DNA of 60,000 bases from Botryllus schlosseri (Eukaryota). Positions 12,301 through 24,300 of the stretch are shown here, piece after piece (the stretch's first letter is position 1; each line of letters opens with the position of its first letter). The stretch covers positions 1,924,001 to 1,984,000 of the forward strand of contig CM119378.1 in assembly GCA_051294905.1 (NCBI GenBank), given 5' to 3'. The notes below the pieces were generated by a model that ran no database searches, was not told the DNA's origin, and worked only from the letters and a program-made list of their open reading frames with translations. The translations under genes were made by a program, and so were the position numbers.

Positions 12301-15300
12301 TCCATGTTTCAGGTGGGAATTTCTCTTTCAGTGTAGAATATGTCTGCGGGCGGCGCAAAATCCCGCCGCGTTGCCGAATCCGGCCCGCGGGCCGTAAGTT
12401 GCCCGCCCTTGGTTCATCTGAAACATCATTTATGATACGTTGCAAAATAAGGTATCACGTATAGCAATCTGAAGAGTGCTCGGCCAAGTGAGACCCTTAA
12501 TCGATTCGTCTTCCTTGCCGATAAAATTCTGCGGTGCTACTTGGAGCGGGTTGCGTTGCGAATGTCCCTTGGGATCCCGCGCGGTACAGTACACTTCAAC
12601 ATTTTTGGAAGTTACCGCTGGCGTCAGGCAGCCGCGGCTGCGTAAAATCAGTATTCTGATGTTTTTGCATCAAAACGTTCGCGCGTAAGCGTGGCCGTAA
12701 AACCTTTATCATTTATGTAGATTTAGGGCTACCATAGTTTGTAATCGGGAAAAGAGGACACTTTTTCAAAAGCTTTGAGACCCAGGACACTGAAGTAAAA
12801 TCCGGAGAAAATAGTAAATCTTTCACGACATTGTGGTTGGTTAACTGAAAAAAGGTTAATTTTCCGGCTCAACTCCAGAAGTACAGTTCTTCTTTCTCAC
12901 TTTACGTTAGTTGACCAAAAAAATTAAAATAAGGTCGTCACTTTCGTTCTAAACACGAATTTCCTATTTAGCGTCATTTATGCCCATTTTCACTCGAATC
13001 TATCCACTATCTTAGCTCTAAAAGCTGTAAAGAAGGAAAAATTGCCAAAAATGAGGACATTTAGGCGTCCTCGGAGGACATTTTCAAAAACCTCAAAATG
13101 GTGGACAAATCCTCCTAAAGGAGAACGCATGGTAGCCCTACGTAGATTCGAGATACCGTTTCATTTCACCTGAAACATGGCAAGATATCGCGTGATTGCA
13201 GTCGTACGCAAAACGCGGCTCTACCTAAATGTTCATGTTGATTTTGAAACCTAACCAACACTTGGCGCAGCAATATCATAAAATATTAGCCTTAAAGTAT
13301 AGTCAGAACGACGTTATTCACACGAATGCAAGTTACAGACTATGTCGCATATAATTTCAATTTCACCTTTCTGCATCCTATAGGTCGATATGCCAATGCA
13401 TACGTGGAAGTCAAAGTAGGTCTTAAACTAGCGGAGAGAAAAAATTTAATGTGGGAGAGATATCCTTTATGAATAACGATTAAACAAGCATCCTTGAGCT
13501 CGGAATGGGTTTTGGATGAACTGAAATTCCAAACGGCAATAATTAACCTAATTCGATTATGAACGTCATTAATGCGTCGAAAAACTCGTTTATATTGTAT
13601 TAATACCTAAGCTTGATTTTGTCCAACATCAGAATTTAGGAAAACACCTCTGAATTAATGTAACAGCTAATCGCGATCCGTTTTTCTCGACAGAGTGTGT
13701 AGAAAGAAGCATAAGTTATGGCACATCAATTCGAAATATGATCTTCTTAGGTCACATTCTCATGAATTTTCCTAAGTACCATGTATATATCATCATTAAA
13801 TATATTTGGAACCAAAGAAGTTTTCAGCGTTAAGTAGTGAATCCCGGTATGTTCAATAGAGAGGCATTATGTAGAATGCGATAGGCGTGGAAGCCGTGCC
13901 TTTCCAGGCAGGTCAATAGTCCTAAAGCAAATGGCTGAACTTTTCCGAATTTCAAGATGCTCATGCTATGTGAATGCAGTGTGGGTGTCCTTCGCTTTGA
14001 CCATATCTTTCTGCCAGCAGTTCATTCATATACACCAATTATTTTCAGTATATACAACTTGGAAAATGTTGACATTGAACCTGAATGTCTTGGCTTCGTA
14101 AACTGTTAAGGTATCCGTGAGAGTCTGCCGACATCAGAAAGACAGCAAATGATTGTTGATTATAACTCTATTAAAACATGCATTTTAATCAATACTGCGT
14201 GCAATATATAACGGGATATATTAGTAACAACGGAGGGGTATAGGCCTACTATTGTCCTTTGATCTGTCAATGAAACCGATCCATTTTAATATATCTACTA
14301 AAGTCGTGGATCATTTGAAGATCTACTACGAAGGGAATCGATAAAGAAAGGGCATGTCACAGCTTTACTGTACTCTATTGGGGAAGATGATTACTGGATT
14401 ATGCCTCCATTAATTTAAACGAGTAAAAGATAATGGTGTATGCGTACATGAATGTACAGTAGATTTGTTCGTAAATAACATTTTTATTTTATTTTTGCGA
14501 CTATTCCATAAAATTGTTAGGTTGGCTAAAATTATGTTGCACACCTAATTTGCCTCAATTCGTACCGGTAGAAGTGAAGCTATTTAGAGTTTGGAAGATT
14601 TGATTTGATTACAAAAAATATGATATTTTTATAATTTTATTGTCAACCCCATGAAATTGTTAAATTGTATAGAAAAAGGATGAAAAAAGAATTGACACAA
14701 ATCCAACCCGTAGAATTCGGGGATTACCCACCGTTATTGCTATTTATCAAATCCAGAACTTTCAACTGCGATACCTCCGATACCTTGTGTCGTCAGAGTC
14801 AAAGATAGAGGAAACATATGTTATCTGTCTACATCGCGAAGGCTCTTCCTGAAGACGTGTCGGAAAAATTGGTTGTTCATGAGACGTGACGTGGTGATAT
14901 GTGACGGATGTACTTTCAGTAATGTTTCAAAATTTGTTGAGTTTACTGATTTTCAGGCCGCGAATGACATCTCACGATGTCTACGAGCAAAGAGATACAG
15001 TATAGCGTCTTATTTTACCGCCGTATGAGTTGCGTACCAAGTAGATATAACTTTTTCATGTCGCGATTGCGCAATTTCAAACTTTTCAATCTATTACATT
15101 GTTGAGCTCATACTCTGTTGTTGGTTTCTATTGCACAACTGCTCTCTGTTATACCGATTGCGTGACTGACAATTATAACTTTCTTTGGACAGGGCGCACC
15201 ACAGCACCTATCTGCGCATCGACGGGGGCGATGTCACGGCCTACCCTTCCGCGGATACATCAGCTTCCCGATTATTGGACCACAGTTCAGGTTTGTTAGA

Positions 15301-18300
15301 CTTATTTTGCAGTTACACCTCTCACTGTCCACATATAGCTTGAAAGTCAGGTTCAGTATGTTCCTGAACTTAAGTATTTAATGGTATATTCAAAACAGGT
15401 GACGACACGTTACTCTCATTTCCTTTTATCGCTATCTTTTCATGTTTTCAAATAGTGAAATTATTAATAAGCTGAACAGAACTGAAACTTGTACAAGAGA
15501 CAATTAGATATCGATTATTTATACTAATAAGTCGTTATGGTTGCGCAAAACTTCGCGATTCAAAATCGCTATCCTCCTCCAAAAGTAGAAAACACACACA
15601 TTGCATTTCCCGATTACTATTGTTTCATCGCAAAAATCGCCCAAAGTTAACGTAAAATTGAAATGATTTCAATGGCGGAAACCTTTTTGTCGAAATTGAA
15701 TCTGGAAGATATTGTCCGAGACATTATACGATAACAACCCAATTATTTTATTCGCGGGAGTTTCTTTTCTTATTATCTTAGATGACATGTCTGCCATATC
15801 GTTTAGGTGCGGAATGCTGCGAAAGGATAGTCATAAACATATCCGGACTTCGTTTCGAAACGCAAGTTAAGACACTTAATCAATTCCCGGACACTTTACT
15901 AGGCGATATAGAGAGGAGGAGGCAGTTTTTCGACCCAATTCGCAGTGAATACTATTTCGATCGGAACAGAGCCGCATTCGACGCCATATTATATTATTAC
16001 CAGGTAAGGAAAGGTGTTGTAAAATGGCTGCATGGGATATTGCAATCCGCTGTTCAAATAACGTGGATTATCGCAGCCTATGCTTCATTTAGTTTAAAGT
16101 TTTCCAAGATTAAGTGCGAAGACCAGTGGTTCCAAACCTGGCGGCCTTGGCCTTTTTCATGGCGCCAAACGTTTGAAAAAATCATCTGTGAGTCTACTCC
16201 ACTGTAAAAAAAATTAAAAGTAAATAGTAAGACACCAATAAGCGAAGCCTTGTCCTTGAGTATACTTACGTTGTTTTAATTTTAGATTTATTATTATTAA
16301 TATTACTTTTTTCAAATTTGCGCAAAGGCTACCCCTCTAAAAGAAGTAAGTGCGATGAATGTTAGCTAAAGATTGGCTTTAAATGTGTACATGAAAATGT
16401 GGGAGTCGTACAATGCTCTATGTTACACAGCGTGACTACCAGCTACTGTATAAACTTGTTATCTAATTGAAACACCATTTCTAAGTTGTTTAAAAAAGTG
16501 GAAAAATAGGAGGGCATTGATTGATTGAAAATGTTTTAAAGGGGGCTACCGTCTAAAATGTTGTAAAGCTCTGGATTCTTCTATTCTATTCGTCAAGCGT
16601 CAGGTCAAGGATACTATAATCTCGGGGAACCCAGCAATAACGCACAGCTGATTGTGATATGATATGTAAAATATTGCTTATTACCATATGCATCTTGAAT
16701 ACAGTTATGGTTACTGCAATCGTTTCTTGGATAAGGCTTTATTCAAATTTTCGCTGCCCGAACCGGACAGTGCTAGTTCGGATCAATGATAATTTAATCG
16801 CTATAGCGCATCCCGCGGTATGGCGCTACGCTACGATGACTATCGCGGAGAATTGCTTTGTAACTGATGTTCATCCCACAAAGAAGATAGCAATATGTGA
16901 TGGCCGATATGTCACTTGCAGAATTGGCAATGTAGTCTGCTTTAATACTTTTCCTAACATTCCCACTAGTAAACTATTTTCCTTAGACTCGGCAGTCTGC
17001 ATAGAGTATATTAGGGTGAACGTAATGATCATTTCGTGGTATAGTTGAAGGTCCAGTTCATCGCATGCGTTATAATCTATGTATCGGTGGCGCGTAGTAA
17101 TCTAGTGGGAAGGTCGCAGTCGCGTTGGTGCTGTACAGAGCTAATTGTCGCCTTTCAAGGTTAAACCGCCACGGTCTCTGGGCGTTTAAATAATACATAA
17201 CGGGTTAAAAAGCGCTCACGGCTTCCTTTCATGTAGAACTTGTGCTATGATGCAGTCTCAATAATTTATGCAGCGTATCCACGCATGCGTCGAAATGGCA
17301 TGAGCTCACGATGGTTGCTTTAACGCCGAGAAGGCGACAGGGAGTGTTTAGCTTGACCCCAAATTGTGGAATGCGTTCAGCCGCACACGTTATATTGAAG
17401 ATGCAGACCACATCGCCACTTGTACCATAGAAGGGAAAGCCCATTATACACCTCCTCCATATTGAGCTATATATTTACGACATTTAAAAGCTTTGTCAAT
17501 GCTGAACAGCATTTGAGAAGAGGTAGCCCCCATATTCATACAAATATATGGCAATCATCATGCAGTAACAGAACTACCATCATAAACTATTATAATTCGG
17601 TCATTGGTACCGAAATCAGGCTATCTGGTTGTAATAGACAAGGGTGCGATGTAGCAACTGGAAATGTACATGTGAGAATAGAGACGCTTATTTTCCGAAC
17701 CTTTTACTAGAAATCTCTCCGACGAGTTGCACGTTCCATGTGTTACAGATCTCAATAGCGTTTGACCTTCGGGGCTGTTATTTTGTCCCGAAACAACCAC
17801 ATTAGTCGTGCACGAATGTTGATGTATAACTTTACGATGATTTAAGTTCATGGTATAGTGTAGTATATATCAAGTACCTAATAATATGATTATGTCCAAT
17901 TATCCGATTATGGGCTTGGACGTATCTTCCAACCAGGTCAACTAGCAGTATGACGCAACCTTCATGCGCTATTCAGTTGGCGTATTCAAGAATAGATCTG
18001 TACTCGCGGGAAATCGAAACGTATCGCATATTTCATACTCATGCGTAACCGTAGCAACATGATATCTTACATTTACAATGGTCAGTAGCGAGTTGGAAAC
18101 ACTGTTTATAAAGACAACATATAGTTCTTGTGGACCATCCAAAATTGAGAGAAAGCGACAAGGCTCGGCACACGTACATTGAATAAATTAGTCCGGGAAG
18201 ATTACTGCGATCCGATGACCTTACAAGCCAATAACGCATGTAACGCACTCGTATTTATCAAGAAAATTAATATTTATAACGAAGACACCTAAGTAAGCAA

Positions 18301-21300
18301 TATCGCAGTACTCAGTAAGAGAGTAATGAATGAATGAACTGTACGTACAGGGTGGAGCTCAACCGAAATAACTGACATCGCCGAGCTTATTTCCACTTTA
18401 CATCATATGGTTTCAATTCAACCAACTGAAGCAGTCCGGTCATGATGTATATCGATTGTGCCATTGCCTAATCAGTCTATCCCGGAACGAATGTGGTCAT
18501 AATTCGTTACGTCAATGATAACTAAAACGTAATGATAGGGTTTGTGTGTTGCTGAGACCTCCTGAGAATAATCGCCGATATCCTATTTCAAAAATCAATG
18601 TCAAGACATTATTGATCCCGCCGGAAGCGGCTTTCAATCGTGATCCCGTAGAATGTGGGGAGAAAGGAAAATGCTTAATGGCCTATTTTGCACCGAACCA
18701 ATAGTGCACACGACTTGAATGAGAGGTTGTGTAGATACAATTTGCCTTCTTGTTCATGTTCGAAACCATGATGGTGAAATCACCGAAAAAATAGCGTAGG
18801 GATCTTAAACCGAGGTCGACGGACTAGTTTTAGGGGGTCTGGGAAAGGGCAATCTCGGAATACATCATTAAGAAACCACAAAACTATATTGTTATTCGGT
18901 AATGAGGCAGTGAGGGGAGATGTGAAAGTGGCGATTTTTTTTTTAATGATTACGTGACCTTATTAGGCATGAAATAGGCGAAATAGATGTTAGTTAAAAG
19001 TCATTTTTAGTCATTAGAAAACTTTCAAGCAGGCATTAAAAACCGATATAAAGATTTGACTAAGGCATGGGCGGCCAACCCGTGGCCCGCAAGAAGGTTT
19101 TGAGTGCCCGCGAGGTAATTCTCGAAACTAGTTATGTTATCACAAAAAATTAATTGTACAGGAAAGTTATTGTGAAGTTGCAAGGTCAACCGAAAATTTT
19201 ATTAACCTGACCGCGAAATGCGGAACATTGCTGTCTAAATATTAGTTCCGACGCATTCGTGTAGCCAGGGGCCAGCCACATTGTTGGTAGATCGTCGTAT
19301 ATGACCATAAAGTAAAATGATTTTTGGCAGATTAATTTGATACCTTTCTCTCAGTACTGGCGCCCCTCCTGAAAATTAAAAATTAAAAATACACCCAATT
19401 TGCAGAATTGAGTCTATCTATATTCGCAATTATGAGAGAACGTGTCGTCCAACCTGCGACTTCGCGTCTGCACTAACAGAAACAGCGTCAGCGTTGAAAC
19501 CTTTGCACAAAATGATAGACGCATATTCGCCGGAATCTTCGATATTGATATGTCGAAGAACCGATTAATCCTGTCCCTGTCTAATTAGCCCAGTGGTAGC
19601 CAACACAGAGGCGACCGGCAACACATGCAAGCAATATTATTTTTGACCGAATTCATTAATTACCTTTGAAAAAATTTAGCGCCTCGCGCGGCTAAGACAT
19701 GGATGCACATTGCACAGTTGCACACTGCACAAAGAATTTTCATGTCTAAATTATTATCGATTCTGATGCGTAGTAATATAAGTATTGTTTTCACCGTTAC
19801 CTAGTCCGGTTGGCACCTTTCGGACGACTAAAAAATGGTCATCAATATTCAAGTGGCCCACCAATATTCAAGTGTTCGGGAGCCCCTGCTATAGTACATA
19901 AAATCATCGTGTTTAGATCGAGTATACTTTACTCGACGGCAGTGTGAGCTTAGAGGATGTGCGAAATGTTTTGACCTCGACAAAACGAGCATATAGATGT
20001 AGCACCTTCAAACGATACTCATCCTCCCAATGGCTGGCACAGTGTTGCATATCATGCGAGAGAAGTTTGTGAATGTGCGCCGCCTCTACGATCTGCCTTT
20101 TGCGAAATTGCGGAGGATAATAAATATTTCATGACGCGCATCAGTTTAGAACGTTGATGAAATTACTGATAACACAGGGCATACTCAATGACACGTCAAG
20201 AGTCGGGAGCAAACGTGCGCTCTCGTAAATGCGTTTACTCGCGGAGCGTAATTGCCCTATTCTTTAGTTTGAAAGCCGTGAAATGAACGGGTTGAATATG
20301 ATGGGTAGTGACATAGATTCTCTTGCCGGCCTGCAACTCGTAATTTACCCTCCGAAGGGCGTGCGATTGATGTGACAGCTTTAGCCATCTTTCGTGTGGC
20401 TATATATTGTGGGGTAAGATATATGCTTCCGCGTGATTTGGTATAGGTGACGGCAGTATGGATTTGGGATATGTTCTACATGGGTGAAATATTTATGATT
20501 GGTTTAGCGCAAATTGATAAACTGTATATTCGAATGAAACACAATGTACTGATGATTAAACCTACCTTTGCCACAAGCATTATTGCAAACAGTCACAATT
20601 TTCACTATATATCAGGGTCAGTTTAGATAACTATCTGACGTTTCAACCGATACCGATAAAACCGATAACTAGCACCTTCACCGGTAATCCCGATAGACTC
20701 ATTCAACATGTTTTTTGGAAAGTATTTACACAATTATGGCATGATTTTACAGCTTTAAGAAACACGTTTCGATCCTTAAATGATATAGGGATGGTGCGAA
20801 CCCCTGAAAGGCTCGGGTTCGTGTCACCGCAAACCTTTCTGAAAGGTTCGCTGTGAGCGCGAACGTGAACCTCTGACGCCACGTGGCGTGACATTGCTAA
20901 TTCCGAACCTGCGTTTCAGTGAAGTGATATATTAATGTACCAAGCGTCGACTCTGGCCACGTTATGCCACAATGCAGAAGTACATGCTGACTTTTTAACC
21001 GTCATCAAAGAGATCAACTGGAGCAATCAAATGATGTAATAATCCCATAAAATCAATATCTTCAGTGGCTTTTCCAACAATTTCGACGAGAATTTGCAAG
21101 GTAATACGAGCTTACGGCTTAACGGTCTAGGTCAGTCCGGCAACGTATTCGGTATCTGATTTGCTACATTGATATCTAGCAGAGTGTGAAACGGATTTCT
21201 ATCCTTGTTTCCAATATTACTCCATAAACAAGTTAGCAACCCGCCAACCGCCCGGATTCGGATTTTATGATACAATAGAGATATCAGATCAAGATGGATC

Positions 21301-24300
21301 CAGTACGCCTGATAGATTTTTTACATTAGACAACGATGCATTCTTTGTATCAATTTCATTGATTGATTGAATAAGCATCATCCGAAGACTAGTGTATCTC
21401 GTTCTTGATGTTGTGTGACTAGGGGGCCAAGCTCACAGCAGAGAGTCACTAAATATTCATAAACGGAAAGCTGAATATTTCGAGCAAACTTTTGAAACAA
21501 AGCAAGCGAAATTTTTGAGATTTTCAAGGTGGATGCTCGTTTAGTGTTGATGTTTTTATTCTGCTAGCGCCCTGCATTGAGTGGTTACTGGGGATGGTGT
21601 GAACCTCTGAAAGGTTCAGGTTCGTGTAAACGCGAACCTTTTTGAAAGGTTCTGTGTGAACACGAACGTGAACCTCGTGACGTCACGTCATATTGCTAAT
21701 TTCATCTCTATCTTTCAATGAAGCGATTGCACACGATACCTAGCGACGACTCGAGCCACATAAGGCCACAATGCTGAAGTACATATTGGCGTTTTAAACG
21801 CCGCTAAATGTATCAACTGAGGCAATCAAAGGATATAATACTCCCATAAAATCAATATCTTCCGTCGCTTTGCCAACAATTTCTACGAGGACTTACGAAG
21901 AAATATAAGCTGACGCCTTAAAGGTCTAGGCCAGACCGGACAATGTATTCGGCGTCTGGGTATTGCTACATTGATATTGAGCAGAACGTAAAACGAGTTT
22001 CTATACTTGCTACAGATATTACCCCACTAACAAGTTCTACAGCAGTAGCCAACACCTCAATCGCACGGATTTGGTTTTAATGATGCAGTAAAGATATGAA
22101 TTCAAGATTGACCCCGTACGCCTGCTAGATTTTTTGCATCAGAAAACGATATCAATCTCATTGTTTGGTTGAATAAGCATCATTCGCTGACTACGTATTC
22201 GGCTCGTGATGTTGTGTGATTGCGGCTCAAGCTCACAGCAGAGTGTCACTAAATATCCACAAACGGAAAGATGGATATTTCGAGCAAACTTTTGTAACAA
22301 AGCAAGTAAAACGTTTGAGATTGTCAAGGTGCATGCTCGTTTAGTGTTGATTTTAATGCTGCCAGCGCCATACATAGAGTGGCCCGCAGTTGAAATGTAA
22401 TAAATTTGAACCAAAGATGTTACAATGAAGTGAAAATTGTAATCGATGAAGAAGGTTCACAGTGCAGAACCTACCGAGGTTCTGTTGTGAACGCGAACCT
22501 CTAAATTTCCGAGGTTCACACACAGAACGCGAACGTGAACCTCGCGTTCACACCATCCCTAGTGGTTACAAAGATGTTGAGTGGCCAAAGATGTTACAAT
22601 GACGTGAAAAATCGTAATATATTAAAAAGGTTAATGGTGCAGAACTTACCAAGGTTCGTTTGTGAACGTGAACCTGTAAATTTCTAAGGTTCACACAGAG
22701 AACGTGAACGTGAACCTCACGTTCACACCATACTCTGATTCCGAAGAGTACACCATTGCAATTGCCTTATTTCCATATTGTGGATAAGTGAGTATGTATT
22801 CCACTGTTCTTTCCGCCGGTTGAAATATAGATCTTTGTGTAACTTGGACCCCAAATGGAGCATGGTGACTAGTGAGCTTGCTTAACAAATTCCGTGAATT
22901 ATTTTCCCATTTCTAGAGCGGGGGTAGGTTACGTCGGCCTGCGAACGTACCGATTGACGTTTTTACGGATGAAATCAGATTTTATGAACTCGGAGAAGAA
23001 GTTCTCGACAAGTACAAGGAAGACGAAGGTTTTATCAAGGAGAAAGAGAAACCGCTTCCAACATCCGAACCACAGAAAAGTGTTTGGCTTCTCTTTGAGT
23101 AAGTGCGACACCCTACATCAGTGTTACATGTTATAGAATGAGTCATGATCCATACCATCGCACATGGGGAGTTCGGGGTTTCATTATATCCTCCCTTCAA
23201 TCGTGGGTAGTGGAAGATATATTTTAGTATCATTCATAACAAACTGCACCGCTTTGTTAGATATTGGACCTTACATTTTCAAGGTACACCCGACGAGAAA
23301 GCGAACATGTAATGCTCGAAGAATCAAATCACTCAATTGCTCGAATTTGTCCAGCCCTAGGCTAATTATTACTCCTATAACAAATATTTGAAGAGCTTCT
23401 TGGAGGTACAGAACTTCAATATACAATTGAATAGTATATTCATAATGAAATAAACCCGAGTGTCAGCCGAAAATATTCGGTTTCATTTCAATATGAATAT
23501 ACCATTCAATTGTATATCGAAGTTCTGTATCTACGAAATGACCAAACATTTTCTACATCAATTTCAGCTTGGTATTGGTCATTTTTTCGCCAGTTACAAG
23601 AGACCAGAAAACAAAGACACCAACTCAAAGTGAAGAATTACTATCTATTCATTCCAATCAATATCATGATTCCTAACAGCATCAAAATGAAAATATGAAT
23701 ATACTATTCGATTATAACAGATATTATGCTCTTTTTGACGATCTCACTTCATTCTAGATATCCAGAAAGTTCCACTGCAGCTAGATGCGTAGCGATCGTG
23801 TCCGTTTCCGTGATTTTACTCTCCATCGTTTCATTTTGCCTCGAAACGATCCCCGCCCTTAGCCAGGCGCATCTTTACCCAAATATGACTGCTTTGAACT
23901 CGACAAATGAAAGATACAAAGCCATGTTCAAAAACCCGTTTTGGGTCATCGAGACGATATGCATCTGCTGGTTCAGCATGGAAGTGACGGTGCGGTTCTT
24001 ATGCTGTCCTATCAAATGCGAATTCTTCAAGGACATGATGAATGTGATCGACTTGGTCGCAATCGCACCGTATTTCATCACGCTGGTAACGGATTTATCG
24101 AGTGAGGTGGACGCGGACCAGTCGAATAAAGGAATGTCTCTTGCCATCCTGCGTGTGATCAGGCTCGTGAGAGTCTTCCGAATATTTAAGCTGTCGAGAC
24201 ACTCGAAAGGATTGCAAATTTTAGCTCAAACTCTCAAAGCCTCCATGCGCGAGCTTGGCTTGCTGATATTCTTTCTCTTCATCGGAGTTATCCTTTTCTC

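Noticed and set aside
14957..15005. Kv1 coding exon starting [12 protein letters not shown]
   Set aside because: Good acceptor, but no GT donor in the phase needed to join 15193, and the frame hits TAG.
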